A stretch of DNA of 64,000 nt from Raillietiella orientalis (Eukaryota), in the NCBI GenBank assembly GCA_036172245.1, contig JAYWIR010000010.1, positions 1,054,001 to 1,118,000 of the forward strand, in the 5' to 3' direction. The notes beneath the pieces are model-generated. The model did not search any database and was not told where the DNA came from. It saw only the letters and a list, made by a program, of their open reading frames with translations. Numbering within the stretch: the stretch's first letter is position 1; each line of letters starts with the position of its first letter. Positions 39,451 through 51,724 of this stretch are shown here, one piece after another. Made by a program: the position numbers and the translations under genes.

Positions 39451-40249
39451 ACGACGGCTCTGATCCCCCTCTGCCCGCTTTTCCCCATGCCGGCGTGGCC
39501 CCAAGCTACCAGGCAACTCCGCAGCACGCGTTCGAGAGACGGCGACCCTCCCGCTGCGCGACTCAGCGGCGACCATGCAAGGAAGAAAACGAGCCGATGA
39601 CGTCAGGACTCTGCATGCAACTCTGCTCTGCAAGTGGATCAACGATTAGGGGAGAGAGAGAGGAAGAAGAGGGCCATGTGGACCGCTGGTTTGACACACA
39701 ACTACCCCCGACTCGAGCCCGTGTCCGGGGAGTAGCAGGGAAAGAGAGATCGAAAACTCCTGCGGCTGCCTCCCGGAACTTTGTGCCCTGAGGCGAAAAA
39801 GCTTGCTACAGAGCTCCAACCCTTCCCTTCCTCTTGGACATCACCCGCCTACTCAACCCGCGCCCTGCAAAGCAAAAAACGCACTCAGCTACCCCTCCCT
39901 CCCTTACTGGAAAGGGGATCCCACCTCCCGCGCCTCCTCGAGGTCAGGGAAAAGGGCCTACGCGCGTTCTCTCGAGTGATCCCCGGGCAACTTCCAGATG
40001 ACCCGAATTTGCTTCTTTTAAAACGAGCGCGAGCGACCCCTCCTCGCGGCCGGGGGTCTCTTACTGGCGCGGTCCGTCGGCAGCATTGGCGCAAGCGCGG
40101 AAGGGAAGCGGGAGGCCGCTGGCGGTAGGGGTCTGCGCTCGCTGTGCAATCCTCTGGGTCTTCACATGCACGGCCCGACCTCGGGGACCAAGAGAGAGGG
40201 CGCCGCCGCCGTCTGGCGCGGAAGGAACCCTTCCCTTCCTCCTGCTTAC

Positions 40250-40733
40250 CTGCCAACCTGTCCTTGACTAGCTGAGCCGCGATCACTGATCGCTGGAGGG
40301 GCGAAACTGAGTTCACGATTCCCGGCCACAGGGAGCTGAATGGGGGAGGCACTGTGGGTCTGTGAGCGGGCACTCGGATGATCCCTTGGTGCAGCAGTGG
40401 GTCGTAGGGGAGTCCCGGAGGCACGGCCCCCATCAGGACGTTTTGAGCAAAAATGGCATCGTTCAGAGAAAAGGGGTTGTTCTTGCACAGATGCTCCGAC
40501 AGGCTTCCCGGAGGGCTGACGGGAGGCCATTCCTGCTTGGCATGGGATCCGAAGCCGGCGCCGTCTCCTCCGGCCGCGTTCCCTTTCGCCTCCTGGGCGC
40601 TGGCGGCGTCAGCGGGGGTCGCCGCCAGCAGCCTGGAGACGCTGAAGCTCAGTTTCTTTGTCGGGAAGCTCCCGGAGGCGGCGTTGCCCGGCTGCTCGTC
40701 TTCGCTGCTCGAGAGCGAGGAACTCTGGCTCAT
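40250..40733 (-). CDS. Tlx: Tlx/Hox11 (C15/clawless) homeobox gene, coding exon 1
   Basis: ATG at 40733-40731 (MSQSSSLSSSEDEQ...); eh1-type motif LSFSVSRLL; Tlx-family motif IIRVPAHRP; ends VKDRLA-G then donor GTAAGC (phase 1); 484 nt. Start codon is the first in-frame ATG, not experimentally shown. Confidence 0.9.
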
Positions 40734-42779
40734 CCCAGCGGGGAGCACGCGCTCTGGCACCACGGGAACCAAGCGGAGCCGGACTGTGGGAAGCGGCAGA
40801 GCCTGGCAGGATGAACCCGCTCTGCGTAGTCCGGCCGGCCGAGATGACACGCGCTGTGTGACGTCTTGGTGACTGGTCAGCGGGCCCCTCACGCTCCGCG
40901 CTCGAGATTCGCGGTTCCCCGTCCCACGCTCCTCCCCGACCGAATGGCGTCACTGCTCTCCGGTCGCCGCTGGATCAACCGGTTGCGTATCATTCGTCAT
41001 GCTACACTTTCGCTCAAGAGGGAGGGGAGAGCCTCTCCGTCCGCCTCCCAGCTCCGCGCGCGCCAGCGGGAGAGGCGCCCGTGAGGAAGCCAGGGGACGC
41101 TCCGACGGATGGCCGCACTCTGTTGCAGCCCCCGCATCCGAATACCCGGCGCGCGCGCCCGAGAAGGAAGGGGGGGAAGGGAGATGTTTCGAGAAGACGC
41201 GTCTGCTTCCGCCCACCTCGCTGGCGAGCCCCTGCAGACCTTTTCGGGCTCTGCCGACCTTGTCGGGCGACACGGTGAGCCCACACGCCTGTTCGGGATG
41301 ACGTTTCGGGAAGAAACTTTGAGAGGAAAAAGGAAAAAAACGTCAACAATGGACGGAAAGCCTACGTGGACAAATGTCGGAGGCAATCGGAAACGACTTC
41401 ATTGTTGGAGGGGCGGCGTGGAAACACCGTCAACAATGGTTTCGCAGACGTGCGCACTCACAATGTGAGAATTTGAAACCCGGATGCGCCCCGCCCCCAA
41501 ATGAAACTGGGGGATGGGGCGATTTCTCCCTCCCGGTCCACCCCATGCCGGGGTGTGCACCGCTCATCCCTGATTCGCCTGCGATGCGTTCGGAAGGACT
41601 CGGCATCAAACTGTTTTCCAGGTGCGCCTCGCGCTTTTCACTTACGCTCGGTGGCACAAGGAGGGGAACGCGGATCGCCCCGATCGAGAGTATCCCTCTA
41701 AATCGGGAAGGCAGCTGCTACATGGCTGATCAGCAAATGCCCCCCCCTCCCCCTCCACGTGTTTGGTGCTTTCTCCCGAGTTCGAAGACTGTTGAGGAGG
41801 ACTCTCAAGGTAAGCATCCCGTTGGCATTCGTGGAACATTTTCTCCTGAAACTGCATGCTAAGGGAGGGGGGAAGGGGGAGGGAGGAATGGAGAGGGTGA
41901 AAATGAGCCAAGAGGAGCATTTCCCACCAGCCCCGTACTGGGGCCCTCGTCTCTATTTCTGCCTTGGAAAGACGCTGCGGTTGTCGTGGGACCTCTCATC
42001 GCAACCGATGGCTTGACAGATGCATCCAGAACACATCGCAGGAGTGCTGGAAGACGCCGTCACTCCCCTGAGGTCCACCGCTTGGCATGGAAGAAGCTCT
42101 TCCATCGTTGCTTGGATCGTGCTCTACCTGGAGCAGGCGCTCCTTTCAAGCCGTCTGAAGCCAGTCCTCCATGCTTGTTCCCCTTCTGCTGTCTGGAACC
42201 CTCCATAGCTGTTGACAGGGCACTTGAAGAACTTTGTGGTCCAGCGATAGAGGGCTGTTGGATCCTCTTGAATGGAACCTCAGACAAAAGACTGAAAATC
42301 GTCCAGCGCTTCCCATTTGCGTTGGAACAGCAGCTCTCCCTAAAGCTTCAAACTGAGAGCCGACTCGTTCTTTCCAGGTGAAGCTCTTCAGCACCTTCTC
42401 AGAGTTGTAGAGGACCGCTGGGAACCGGCAGCACACAAGAGATGCTTGAAAGAAAAGGAAGGGGAAAAAAAAAAAAAAAAATGAGGAGCGTCCGCTGTTC
42501 CTTCTCTCTCCGGGACCCACGCGCCGGTTTGCCCGATCATGGCAGCACCATCCAGGAATGCCAAGAACGGCGGTGTTCTCCAAGAGGCTCTGTTGAGTAC
42601 ACGAAGGGATCGCGTACAATGAAAAGGACAAACGTCGGAGGCATCCCTCACCATCTCCTGGTTGCGTCCGCACCAAGTCACGGTTCGCCCGCATCCGCAT
42701 CGGCTGGAGCCAGTTCTTGGGCGTGGTTTCGGGAGATCCCCTCAGCCGGAAGATGCCCCGACCCTGGAGCCGATCGAAA

Positions 42780-43795
42780 TCTCGAGAAGATTGTAGAGAA
42801 TAAACGCATGAGCTTACTCTACATGGATTGGGAAACAAATTTACTTGAATATGCAAAGTTGTCCGTATTTATTGATGTACATATTAGTAACGATGATGTT
42901 ACTGGAACAGATATATTTAATAAATTTATTGTCATTCGTTTTATTAATAAAATTAATGAGCTGTTGATATATATATGTACTAAAGATTACAAAAAAATAA
43001 GTATCTCTATTTATTATATGTATTTATGTAAAGATTAATATATGGGATAATATATATCATGAAGACTATAAAAAATAAACACATTCTACATAGATTAACA
43101 TACAGGTTTATTTAAATATGGATAATTATCCGTATTTATTGGAGCAGATATATTTTAAGATTCACTGGCATACATTTTATTAATATGCTTAATAGGCTAT
43201 TGATTGCACTATTGGTATATATATATATATTAAATATTATAAAAAATAAATAACCATGCTCATTACATAGATTTATATACATATTTGCATAACGAGTAAG
43301 ATACGAATAAATATATAGTATGAAGATTGTGAAAAATAAATAACCATGCTTATTACATATATTTACATAAAGGTTAATATGGATCAATGTATGCTATGGA
43401 GATTGTAAAAAACAAACACATGGGCTTCTTCTACATAGATCTGTATACGAATTTACTTGAATATGCATAGTTCTTCGTATTCATTAACGTACAATAAATA
43501 TATTAACAGTAATGCTATTTAAACATACATAATATTTATTAAAATTCCGTGGCATGCATGTTATTGATAGACTTATGTAAGCTGCTGATTGCATTGCCGA
43601 TATATACACACATATTAAAGATTATGACAAATATTTGTATGTACTTATTATATACGTCATTATTTATAAATACTATAAATGTATTTCAATGCATATATCT
43701 GTTTTGCATATTGAAATAAATGTATTTGTGTATCAGTGTACATGGAATGATCCTGTACGTTTACTTTGTCTGGGCTTTCGGGATTTGAACGAGGC
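42780..43795. repeat. AT-rich degenerate tandem repeat island, same family as 22260-24730
   Basis: gaagattgtaaaaaataaac-like motif at ~42787, 42983, 43061, 43322 and 43398; ends with TTTCGGGATTT at ~43776. Confidence 0.7.
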
Positions 43796-46528
43796 CCTAA
43801 CAGCCTGTGGGCTTTCCATGGATATCGCGGCCATATTGGTGGCACAGGGAGCCTCGTTTTGTCGACGTGCGAAGCGCTCGCGTCGCCTCTCCATGGAGAG
43901 CCGACTGCCGGAGCTCTGACGGTCGCCCGGGGATCCGCGGTCGACAGAGAGGGCTGCCTGCTCCGTCTCTTTTCTGGAGCACCTCTGAAGGCGTCGTAAG
44001 CGCTCTCGAGGGGAGTGGGTGGCGTACAGGATGACCTCTCTGTCCTCCCATTCCTTCCCTTTCCTTGCGCAGCAGCGGATCGGGGAGGAGACAGTGGTCC
44101 ATGCCTGCGGCGGGCGATGAGCAGGACGCCGCAGGAAGCCGCCGCCTCTCAGACGGCGGCGTCCAGTCGGCCTTAGCGTCTGAGGGACGCCCGACCCTCC
44201 AAACGGGCGAGTGGGGGCGCACGCGGCCTGCAGGGAGACCTCGTTCGCATCGGCTAAACCCGAGCAAGGAGCGCCTGGGGAGATGTCCCGCGGTGTGGGG
44301 GCGGACTGCCCCGGCCCCGGCGGCGCGCCCGCGCGGCAAGGAGCGCCTCTTCTCGTGGGACGGGTGCAGTCTGACGCCCCTTATGGGCGAGGGCGCGGGG
44401 CCAGTGGGGAAGGTCAGCTGCCGGCCGGTTTCGAATTATGCGCCCTCTTGTCGGTCGGCTTCTTCGTCCTCGAACCCCCGAGGGGCGTCACCCGACCTGC
44501 TTCGCGGACGCCCTCGCGACTGGCAGCTGACCGCCGCCCTAGAGTTTACTTAGCAACGGCGGCCCTTCCGCCACCCCTCCCAGGGACTGCGCGACGTCCC
44601 TCTTTTGCTCGCTGATGTGTTCAGGGATGCTTCTCCAGGGGCGGCATTATAGGGCAAGTCAGTCAAGCCTTCGGGCGACGCGGAGCGGGTGCCTGGGGTG
44701 GAAGACCCAAAGGACCTCCGCGACCAGACGAATTCGGGAGCTGTCCGCTCACCAGGCGAGGGAGAGCGCTCGGTCGGACCCTGGCTCTACCCCAGCCGTG
44801 GAGGGGGAGGGTTACGGCATTCGCGAGCGGCCTCGAGAAGGCCGTTCCTTTCCGAAGGGGGCGTTGGAGTGGTCAAAGCGATGGATGCGGGGAGCGCCGG
44901 AGGTCAGGGGAGCCTCGACGAGGTCGCTCTAGACAGCATCTTTGCCCGCGACGGCCCCCAGGAGAAAGGGAGCCGTCCCTGTCGGTGGCCCCTCTCCGAG
45001 AGTGGGAATTGGCGCACCAAGGAGGCTTTCCCGACCGCTGCTCCCCCGGCTGCTTCCTGTAGGAGAGGGGGGGGTTGCAGATATCCCTCGCGGAGGCTGC
45101 CTGGACGGCTCAAGGCGTCTGATCCAGCAGCCTCCGCGCGAAAGAAGCAGCAGGGCGAGCCCGAGGCCAGATGGGCAAGGGCCGTGCCCCTTCCCCGCGT
45201 CCCGCTAGTCCAGGCAGCTCCTAAGAGACTTCCCGCGGGGGTCTCCTCCTGAGAGATGGGTTTGAGAGCCGGCTCGGGGCGGCCTACGGGCTTGAGTGTC
45301 AGAGGGGTTTATACCCCGTCATCCCGAGACGTTTATTCAGGAACAGAAACCACAGGTCAGGGGAACGGAGGGAGGGTACAAGAAATGAAGCAAAAAAAAA
45401 GACGCTGAGCGGGTGTGGGTCCTAGCTCGGCCGGGCGTGCCAGTTGCTGGGGAAACCGGAATGCATCTCAGGGGAGGGCGGCAGCTCCCCCCGCGTGCAT
45501 GTCGAGCTGGACAAAAAACACCAGACTGGAGCTTCCGCTATCCCGTGGACCCGTGGACCTGCGCGTGTAGGAATCTGGAAAACTGCTGTCCACCACGCAA
45601 GCAAACGGACTGCCAGGTCACAACACCGTCCCTGCACCTGACGGTTCCAGAACAGCTCTCGCCGTGAACTCGCCAGAAGATGGCGCCCCCCTTTCGCAAA
45701 AGAATTCTACCCAAGGTGTATCCACCACCGGTCACTCGAGAAGTCCGCGGCGTGCCGCTTGCTTCTTCGCCTGCAAGGGCACCGATGCTGCCGGCTGACC
45801 GCGGCCGCTGCGCTGGACCAGCGCCGTCCCGCGTGGCAGAAAGAGGGTATCCCGGCAGCCGCGGGACGGGCAAGGCGGCATCCAGGACCCTCATGATGCG
45901 CCCTTCACTCCCGCCGCGACAAGCCCTCCGTGGGGATCGGTGACGGCCGCTCCTGCAAGCCTCCGGCAGCGGCTGCAAGAGGTCCGGATGCAACATCTGC
46001 ACAGACCCATCTCGGACACGATCCCGGGATGCTGTTGCGGCAGTGGTGGTGGGAAGGGGGGAGTGCCGTGGCTGGAACTCGAGAACCAAGACGACCCCGG
46101 AGTTGCTGGCGCTCGGACTGAGGCAGAAATCTCCCAGGATCCACTGAGAGCGGGAAGAGGAGGGGGAGGGAGGGGAACGCGTGGAAATGACCTGCATCCA
46201 AGAAAGGCAACGGAGAAGAGGCGGCGCGGATGCTGCTTTCTGAGGGCGCATCAACAGCGGCCCGCAAAGTGGGCAGGAGAATTGCTCGTGCTTAACGAGG
46301 AAACGAAAACGGAATCAGCAGCACCGAGGACTTGGGATGATCGGGGAGGCTCTATCGGAAAACGGGGAGAGGATCGTATCCCCTGTCGGATACCCCGAGG
46401 GCTTCAACTTACCCATTGCATTTTGGCCCACAAACAGCCTCCATTCTCTTCCTCTTCCGATTGCAATGAAAGAGGCTGCGGTGCAACAGAATTCTGTGTT
46501 TCATTGCTTCTGCGTACCGAAAAAAAAA

Positions 46529-47050
46529 TAACAGTAATAATGGTAATAGTAGTAGTGATAACAGTAGTAATAGCAGTAATGATAATAGTAGGAATAGCAA
46601 CGGCAATAACAGTAATAGCAATAGAGATAATAGTAATAGCAATAATGGAATAGTAATGGTGGCAGTAATAGTGATAATGATAGTAATAATGAAAGTAGTA
46701 ACAGTAATAGTAATAGTAACAATGGCTATAATAGTAATAGTAATAATGGCATAGCGATAATGACAATAATAATGAAACTAATAACAGTTGTAGTGGTACG
46801 ACTGATAATAATAATAGCAATAGCAGTAATAGTAATAGAAATAGCAATAATAGTGATGGTAATAACAATAACAGTCATGGAGATGATGGAATAGTAATAA
46901 TAGCAATAATAATAATAGTGATAGCAATAATGGTATTGGTGGTAATAGTCATGGTATTAATGGTGATGAGATTAATAGTAATAGTAGTGGTGGTGGTAGT
47001 AGTAAGTAGTAGTATTCGATAATAGTAGTAGTTAGTAGTAGTAGTAGTAA
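46529..47050. repeat. Degenerate trinucleotide microsatellite (TAA/TAG/TGG/CAA)
   Basis: About 520 bp of aat/agt/ggt triplets, ending in (TAG)n. Confidence 0.95.
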
Positions 47051-47987
47051 AAGGTGGAACAGTTCGAGAACCTCCAGATTTTCAAAACAGTAAATTCGGG
47101 TCCTTGGAAAGTCCGCTGGATGGGCTCCCGCTGGACCATTTGCTTTCCCAAACGGCTTGGAAATTTGACCACCCTTCTTGTGAGGATGCGGGGTGCTAGG
47201 AACCCTCCAAGTGCCCGATGGCTTCCATCTCCCCCCCCCCCCGCGCGCGCTTCCTGCGACCTTTCCAAGACGCTCCTCGTCGCGCGATCCTGATATCTAC
47301 CCGTCCCAAAGGATTACCTGAGAACCCCCCGCCGCCCCCTTCCGCGCCGCTCCAGAGGGTCTCCTGGAGGGAAACCGCTTACCCCCCGCCGCGCTTCCCC
47401 TCACTCGCTGACCTCCAGGAATGCCTGCATGCCCGCCAGCGGTGGGAGCGGTCCCGTGTTCCCACCGCTGCTCGCGCGGTGGTGATGAAAGCCATCCTCG
47501 CTGGCGGCGCCCTCTTGTTTGCAAGAGAGCGGTGGCAGGGAACCTGCGAGCAGCCGACGAGGCTCGTTAGGATGACAGGACCCGCTGAGGCTGCTCATCG
47601 GGTGGGTCGAAGATGGCGATTTGCTCGTCAGAGTCCGCTCCTGATGAAGCCTGCTGCCATTCTTGATTACGTGACGTGTGCTCGGGAAGACGTGACAGAC
47701 AAAGCCCGCTCGGCAAACACACGTCACTCGTGAAATGCTTCGTTACGAGCTAATCACGGGGAGGATCCCGGAGGAGGATTGCGACCGGCCACAGGGAACA
47801 AAGGGAGGAAAAATATTGACATTTCTTTCGTCGGTAAAAGGCGAGTTGGAACCTCCAGCATCCTGGAGGAGGTCCTCACCGTGCCCACGCTTTCGAAACG
47901 ATCGCTGGCAGAGCAAGTCTCTGTGGTGAATTGCTTCCGGGCTTCAGACTCTTCCGAGTGGCTCCGCCACTCCAGGATGCTCCAGAC

Positions 47988-48017
47988 TTTCTTCTTCTTC
48001 TTCTTCTTCTTCTTCTT
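47988..48017. repeat. (TTC)n microsatellite
   Basis: About 9-10 TTC units. Confidence 0.9.
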
Positions 48018-50109
48018 TGTGATTCCTCCAGCTTCGCTCTCAGCAGTCCGCATGTGCGGACCTTACCTTCCTCCCACAATCCGGATTCGCCGGATTCGGT
48101 TCCCCCGGCTACCCTGGGCATCCCACTGCCCCGCACCACCACGGCAATCGCAACGGCGTTCTTCCAGCTGCCAGGGTCCAATTTGCTTACCTGCGGGCTT
48201 GTGCGAGCATCGCGGAAATGTTCTGGAAGTTTCTCAAGGTTTCAGTCGCCTTCACCGTGGCAGATCGGTTGAGGAACGCATGTCTTTTCCTCTTTTTTTT
48301 CCCCCACTAAGAGCATCATCCTCCGTGGTCTGAAACGGCGGTCAACTTAATCCGCCTGCTCTCTGCATCTTTCCGACCTGCTGCTCGGGAAGCGGCGATC
48401 GCCTACAGGGGATGGATTCTTGCACGCCACCTGTGGAATACGCCCGACGCTGCCCGATCCTGCCCTCCGGTTATTCTTCCCGGCAGGATCGCGAGCTGTT
48501 TATTATTCCTTATACCTTCCTCCGAGAAAATTCCGCTGCGTAAATTAAGTGCGATGAAGAATTTGAAAAGAAGAAAAAAGAAAACAAAAAGTGCGCCTCA
48601 GAACTTTCATCCGAGAGGAACATCCGAGCGCGCTTGCGAGCCATGGAGTCTGGGGTCAAATCCGATCATTTCCCAGGCGGGCTGCGAGACCCGGTCGAAA
48701 TGCAAGCGCCCTGTCCGCCCTGAGGCGCAGCTGGTCCATCCGTTCCTGCCTCGGTTATCCCGAGTCCTGAAATTCCCCCCCTCCCGAACGCTGTCGATTC
48801 CCAGGTTAAAATCACGTCGCCTCGGAATTTTCCGCATGGTATCCAAGGAGCTGTCTCGGGAAACGAAGGGCACGCAGATCCTCCTACCTCCGTTTCTGTC
48901 ATTTCGTATTCTAGCCATTCTACAGCTTCTAAACAAAATAGCTTTCCGAGATTTTGTGTGTGTGTTTTTTGATTGTCTTTGAAAGCTCAAACCACCGATC
49001 GTTTCTGTGTCCACGCCCATCTGTTCCACCGAGCTCGGCGCTTTTCGCGTTCGCTTTTACCACCGCCCTCTGGCGCGCACCTTTCGCACCCGGACCCGTC
49101 CGGCCGTGTGCCGCCCATCCTCCGCCGTGTCCAAGGAAGAGCCGGATCTCCGCATCTCGCCCAAAGTCGCCTCGGACTCCAGCTGGGAACCTCGCGGTGC
49201 CCCTTTGAGGGTCGGCATCTGCCGAACGTCCGATCCTCGCCTTTCGAGACGGCTGCGCGCGGAATCGCGTCGCCACAGCGACGGACGCTGCGAGGAGGAG
49301 GCCTTGGATACGCTCTTGGACACGTTTCGCAACGCTTGCTGCGGTCGTCGCCGGCATGCCTTCCAGTCGGATCCGTCCGTTATTTACCAGCAGAAGGCCT
49401 TGATCAAATTGGGCTGCGATAATTAAATTACGATGCCAATTATCGACAGGGAGTAGTCGCTTCAGCCTGATTTTCCCTTTCCTCCGATCCCTGGAGCCGG
49501 ACCGACGTGGGCGGGAAGAACAACAGCAGCAAGCGGAAACCTGGATGCTTGCGCGTGGCGTACCTCTCTCTCGGGATGTCGGCGACGACGATGCGCCTGG
49601 ATGCTCCCGCGGAGGTGCTTCCGTCCATCTCGCACCAGGAGGAAGCTCTCGCGCATGCGTGGCTCGGAAGCGTTGCCATGGCGAGCGCCCTCCCTGCGAA
49701 GGCGCGGGGGGGCGCGAGAGGCGGGCCGGCCGCCGCAGTTTCATGTTTCCGAATTACCCCGTCTTCGGAGGAACCTCCGGACCCGGACCCGGACGGACGG
49801 AGGAGAACGCTCCGAGACATTTGCGCTGAGACCACGGCGGCGGCGTCCGAGAAGCTTCCCTTTCTCGTTCTCGAACGCGCATTAACCGTCGTGACCGCTG
49901 CTGCTTGCCTGCGTGTTATTTTTGACCGTTCGGCCCATGGTGATCACCCACGAGAACGGTTGAGCAAAAACAAAAAAAAAAAAAGCAAAAAAAAAGGCAA
50001 AACAAAAGCCCAGGAGAGAGAGAGAGAGGAAAAGAAAAAAAAAAAAAAAAACATGCTCCATCTTTTCCTTTTCCTTTCCCCTTCTATTTTTTCCTTTCGT
50101 CTGTCGGGA

Positions 50110-50700
50110 ACGATCGGCGATTAGGCGTAATGCGCCCGTCGCGGAGCCGTGCCTCCTTCAAACACGTCCGATCTCTCACAAGTACCAATTCATTTCCTGT
50201 TGATAGCGACAGCGTCAGAGCCGTCTGAGTGGGAACCGAAATGACAGGGGATTCGGGGCGACTTTTGTCCTCCCGTGAAAACAGGACCGAGTCAATAGCG
50301 GATGTCGAAGCGGTTATTAGCGGGGGGACCACTACTCGTGAAAACCAACTTTATTAGAGGTTTGACTGTCTATTTCGTCTTGTCGTGACGCTCTAATGAC
50401 ATGCCCGCGGGGGCGCCGTATCTGCTAAACCGGTGTGAGAGCCATTTCGCTGAACCTGTTGACCTTTCCGTCTAATACATATTTATGCTGCCGTTATACG
50501 ATTTAATCGAAATTAAATTACATATCGAATTTCTTTCCAGGGAAAGTCTGACAAACGTTTCCCTTGGACTCGACTCGATTATTACTCGAGAGGAATCGCA
50601 TTATCTCTTTAAGGAAACGGATAACGATTGGACGGATGGTCCGAGACGGCCGCCCAATGAAGCCTGGACCACTTTTGCTAATCGCAGATGCGCGCTCTAA
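50110..50700. promoter_or_regulatory. Candidate upstream enhancer about 9.5 kb 5' of Tlx
   Basis: Non-repetitive segment dense in TAAT/ATTA cores (TTATTAG twice, CTAATGAC, TTTAATCG, AATTAAATTA), with TGACAG and a GTGGGAA Su(H)-like site. Motif evidence only. Confidence 0.35.
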
Positions 50701-51539
50701 CTGCTCGGACGTTTTCCTCCCTGCGTTCCGGTTGCTCCTTCGCCGTCGCCCCTGCATCCGAGGCCTTCGAGAAGGATCCGTCGAGGCTTTGTGTCGTTCT
50801 TTTGTCACCCCTTCACCCTTTCCTCTTTCCCTCCCTCGCTCCCTACTTCTCTCTCGGTCTTCGGACGAAACACTCGGCCCGCAGAGGCCTTCCCCACCGG
50901 TCGTGCGGCAGGTCCCTCGTGACCCTCATTCGCTCCTCGAAACGGAAACGGGGAAAAGAAAGGGGGGGAGGGGGAAGGGAAAGCACAAAGTTTGTCCCGA
51001 AGCGGGCAGACCCGGCGTCACCGCGGCAACGCTTTCGTGCGGCACCCGAAAGCGAGAGAAAGCGGGGTGCGCCCTTCAGGACATCACGTTGCCGCCGCCG
51101 CCATCCCCTGCACTCATTAGGAGCAGCCCTCTCTCTTGCGCCGCCTGCCCCGCGTCTCGCGGAGCAGTTCGCCGCGCGCGTCAGGTCGCGGGCGTCGAAG
51201 AGAAGACGGCCGCGCCTCGGGAACCGGCCGTGTGCGGGCGCGCGCACGATGGAGCGCACCGAGGGCGTTGCGAGAGTCGCCCTTCCCGAAGGGAAGAAGG
51301 GGCGGGAGAGAGCGAGAGGATGCGAGAGGCACCAGGGACCCCGGTGGCCCTTCGCACCTGGGGGATCTTTGCTGCCTCGCGATCTCCAAGACGTTTGGCG
51401 AAGGAGGGAGGACGGAGGAGAGAAGCTCCATGTGCACAACCGCAGGGGAAACCGACTGCTCGATTGCTGGAAGCACCACGAAGGGTCAAAAGGAACGGGG
51501 GCTTCCACCGGTGCGGCGTTCCAAGTCCGTAGTCCAGCC

Positions 51540-51686
51540 AGCGTCATCCTGTGGGGGGACTCGGAACCCACAACGAACGCATTCTCGGAGTCGATCCTTC
51601 CCCCGGCAGGATTCGAACCCGCAACCCTTGGCGCCTTCCCCCGCGCGGAGACCGCACGCGCACCGCAATGCAGCTCTGCAGGGGCA
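51540..51686 (-). mobile_element. tRNA-derived SINE head
   Basis: B-box GGTTCGAATCC, then gactccgagaa and a second B-box-like ggttccgagtccc, as in the copy at 63320-63608. Confidence 0.7.
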
Positions 51687-51724
51687 CAAAGGTGGAACGG
51701 CGAGAACACACGCAAACACCTTAC

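Noticed and set aside
40199..40216. GGCGCC...GTCT resembling a BMP/Dpp Smad element at the start of intron 1
   Set aside because: The spacer is 6 nt rather than the canonical 5, and the sequence is a GCC repeat.
39885..40249. Extension of the exon-1 ORF beyond VKDRLAG
   Set aside because: Strong GTAAGC donor in the correct phase for exon 2; the downstream translation has no Tlx similarity.
44600..44960. Possible CR1/L2-type RT remnant (HYRASQSS, YGIRE, KAMDAG...LDEVALD)
   Set aside because: Suggestive but too degenerate to call without an HMM search.
46404..46868. Hydrophobic poly-Leu/Tyr/Ile ORFs that look like membrane proteins
   Set aside because: Translations of a trinucleotide microsatellite.
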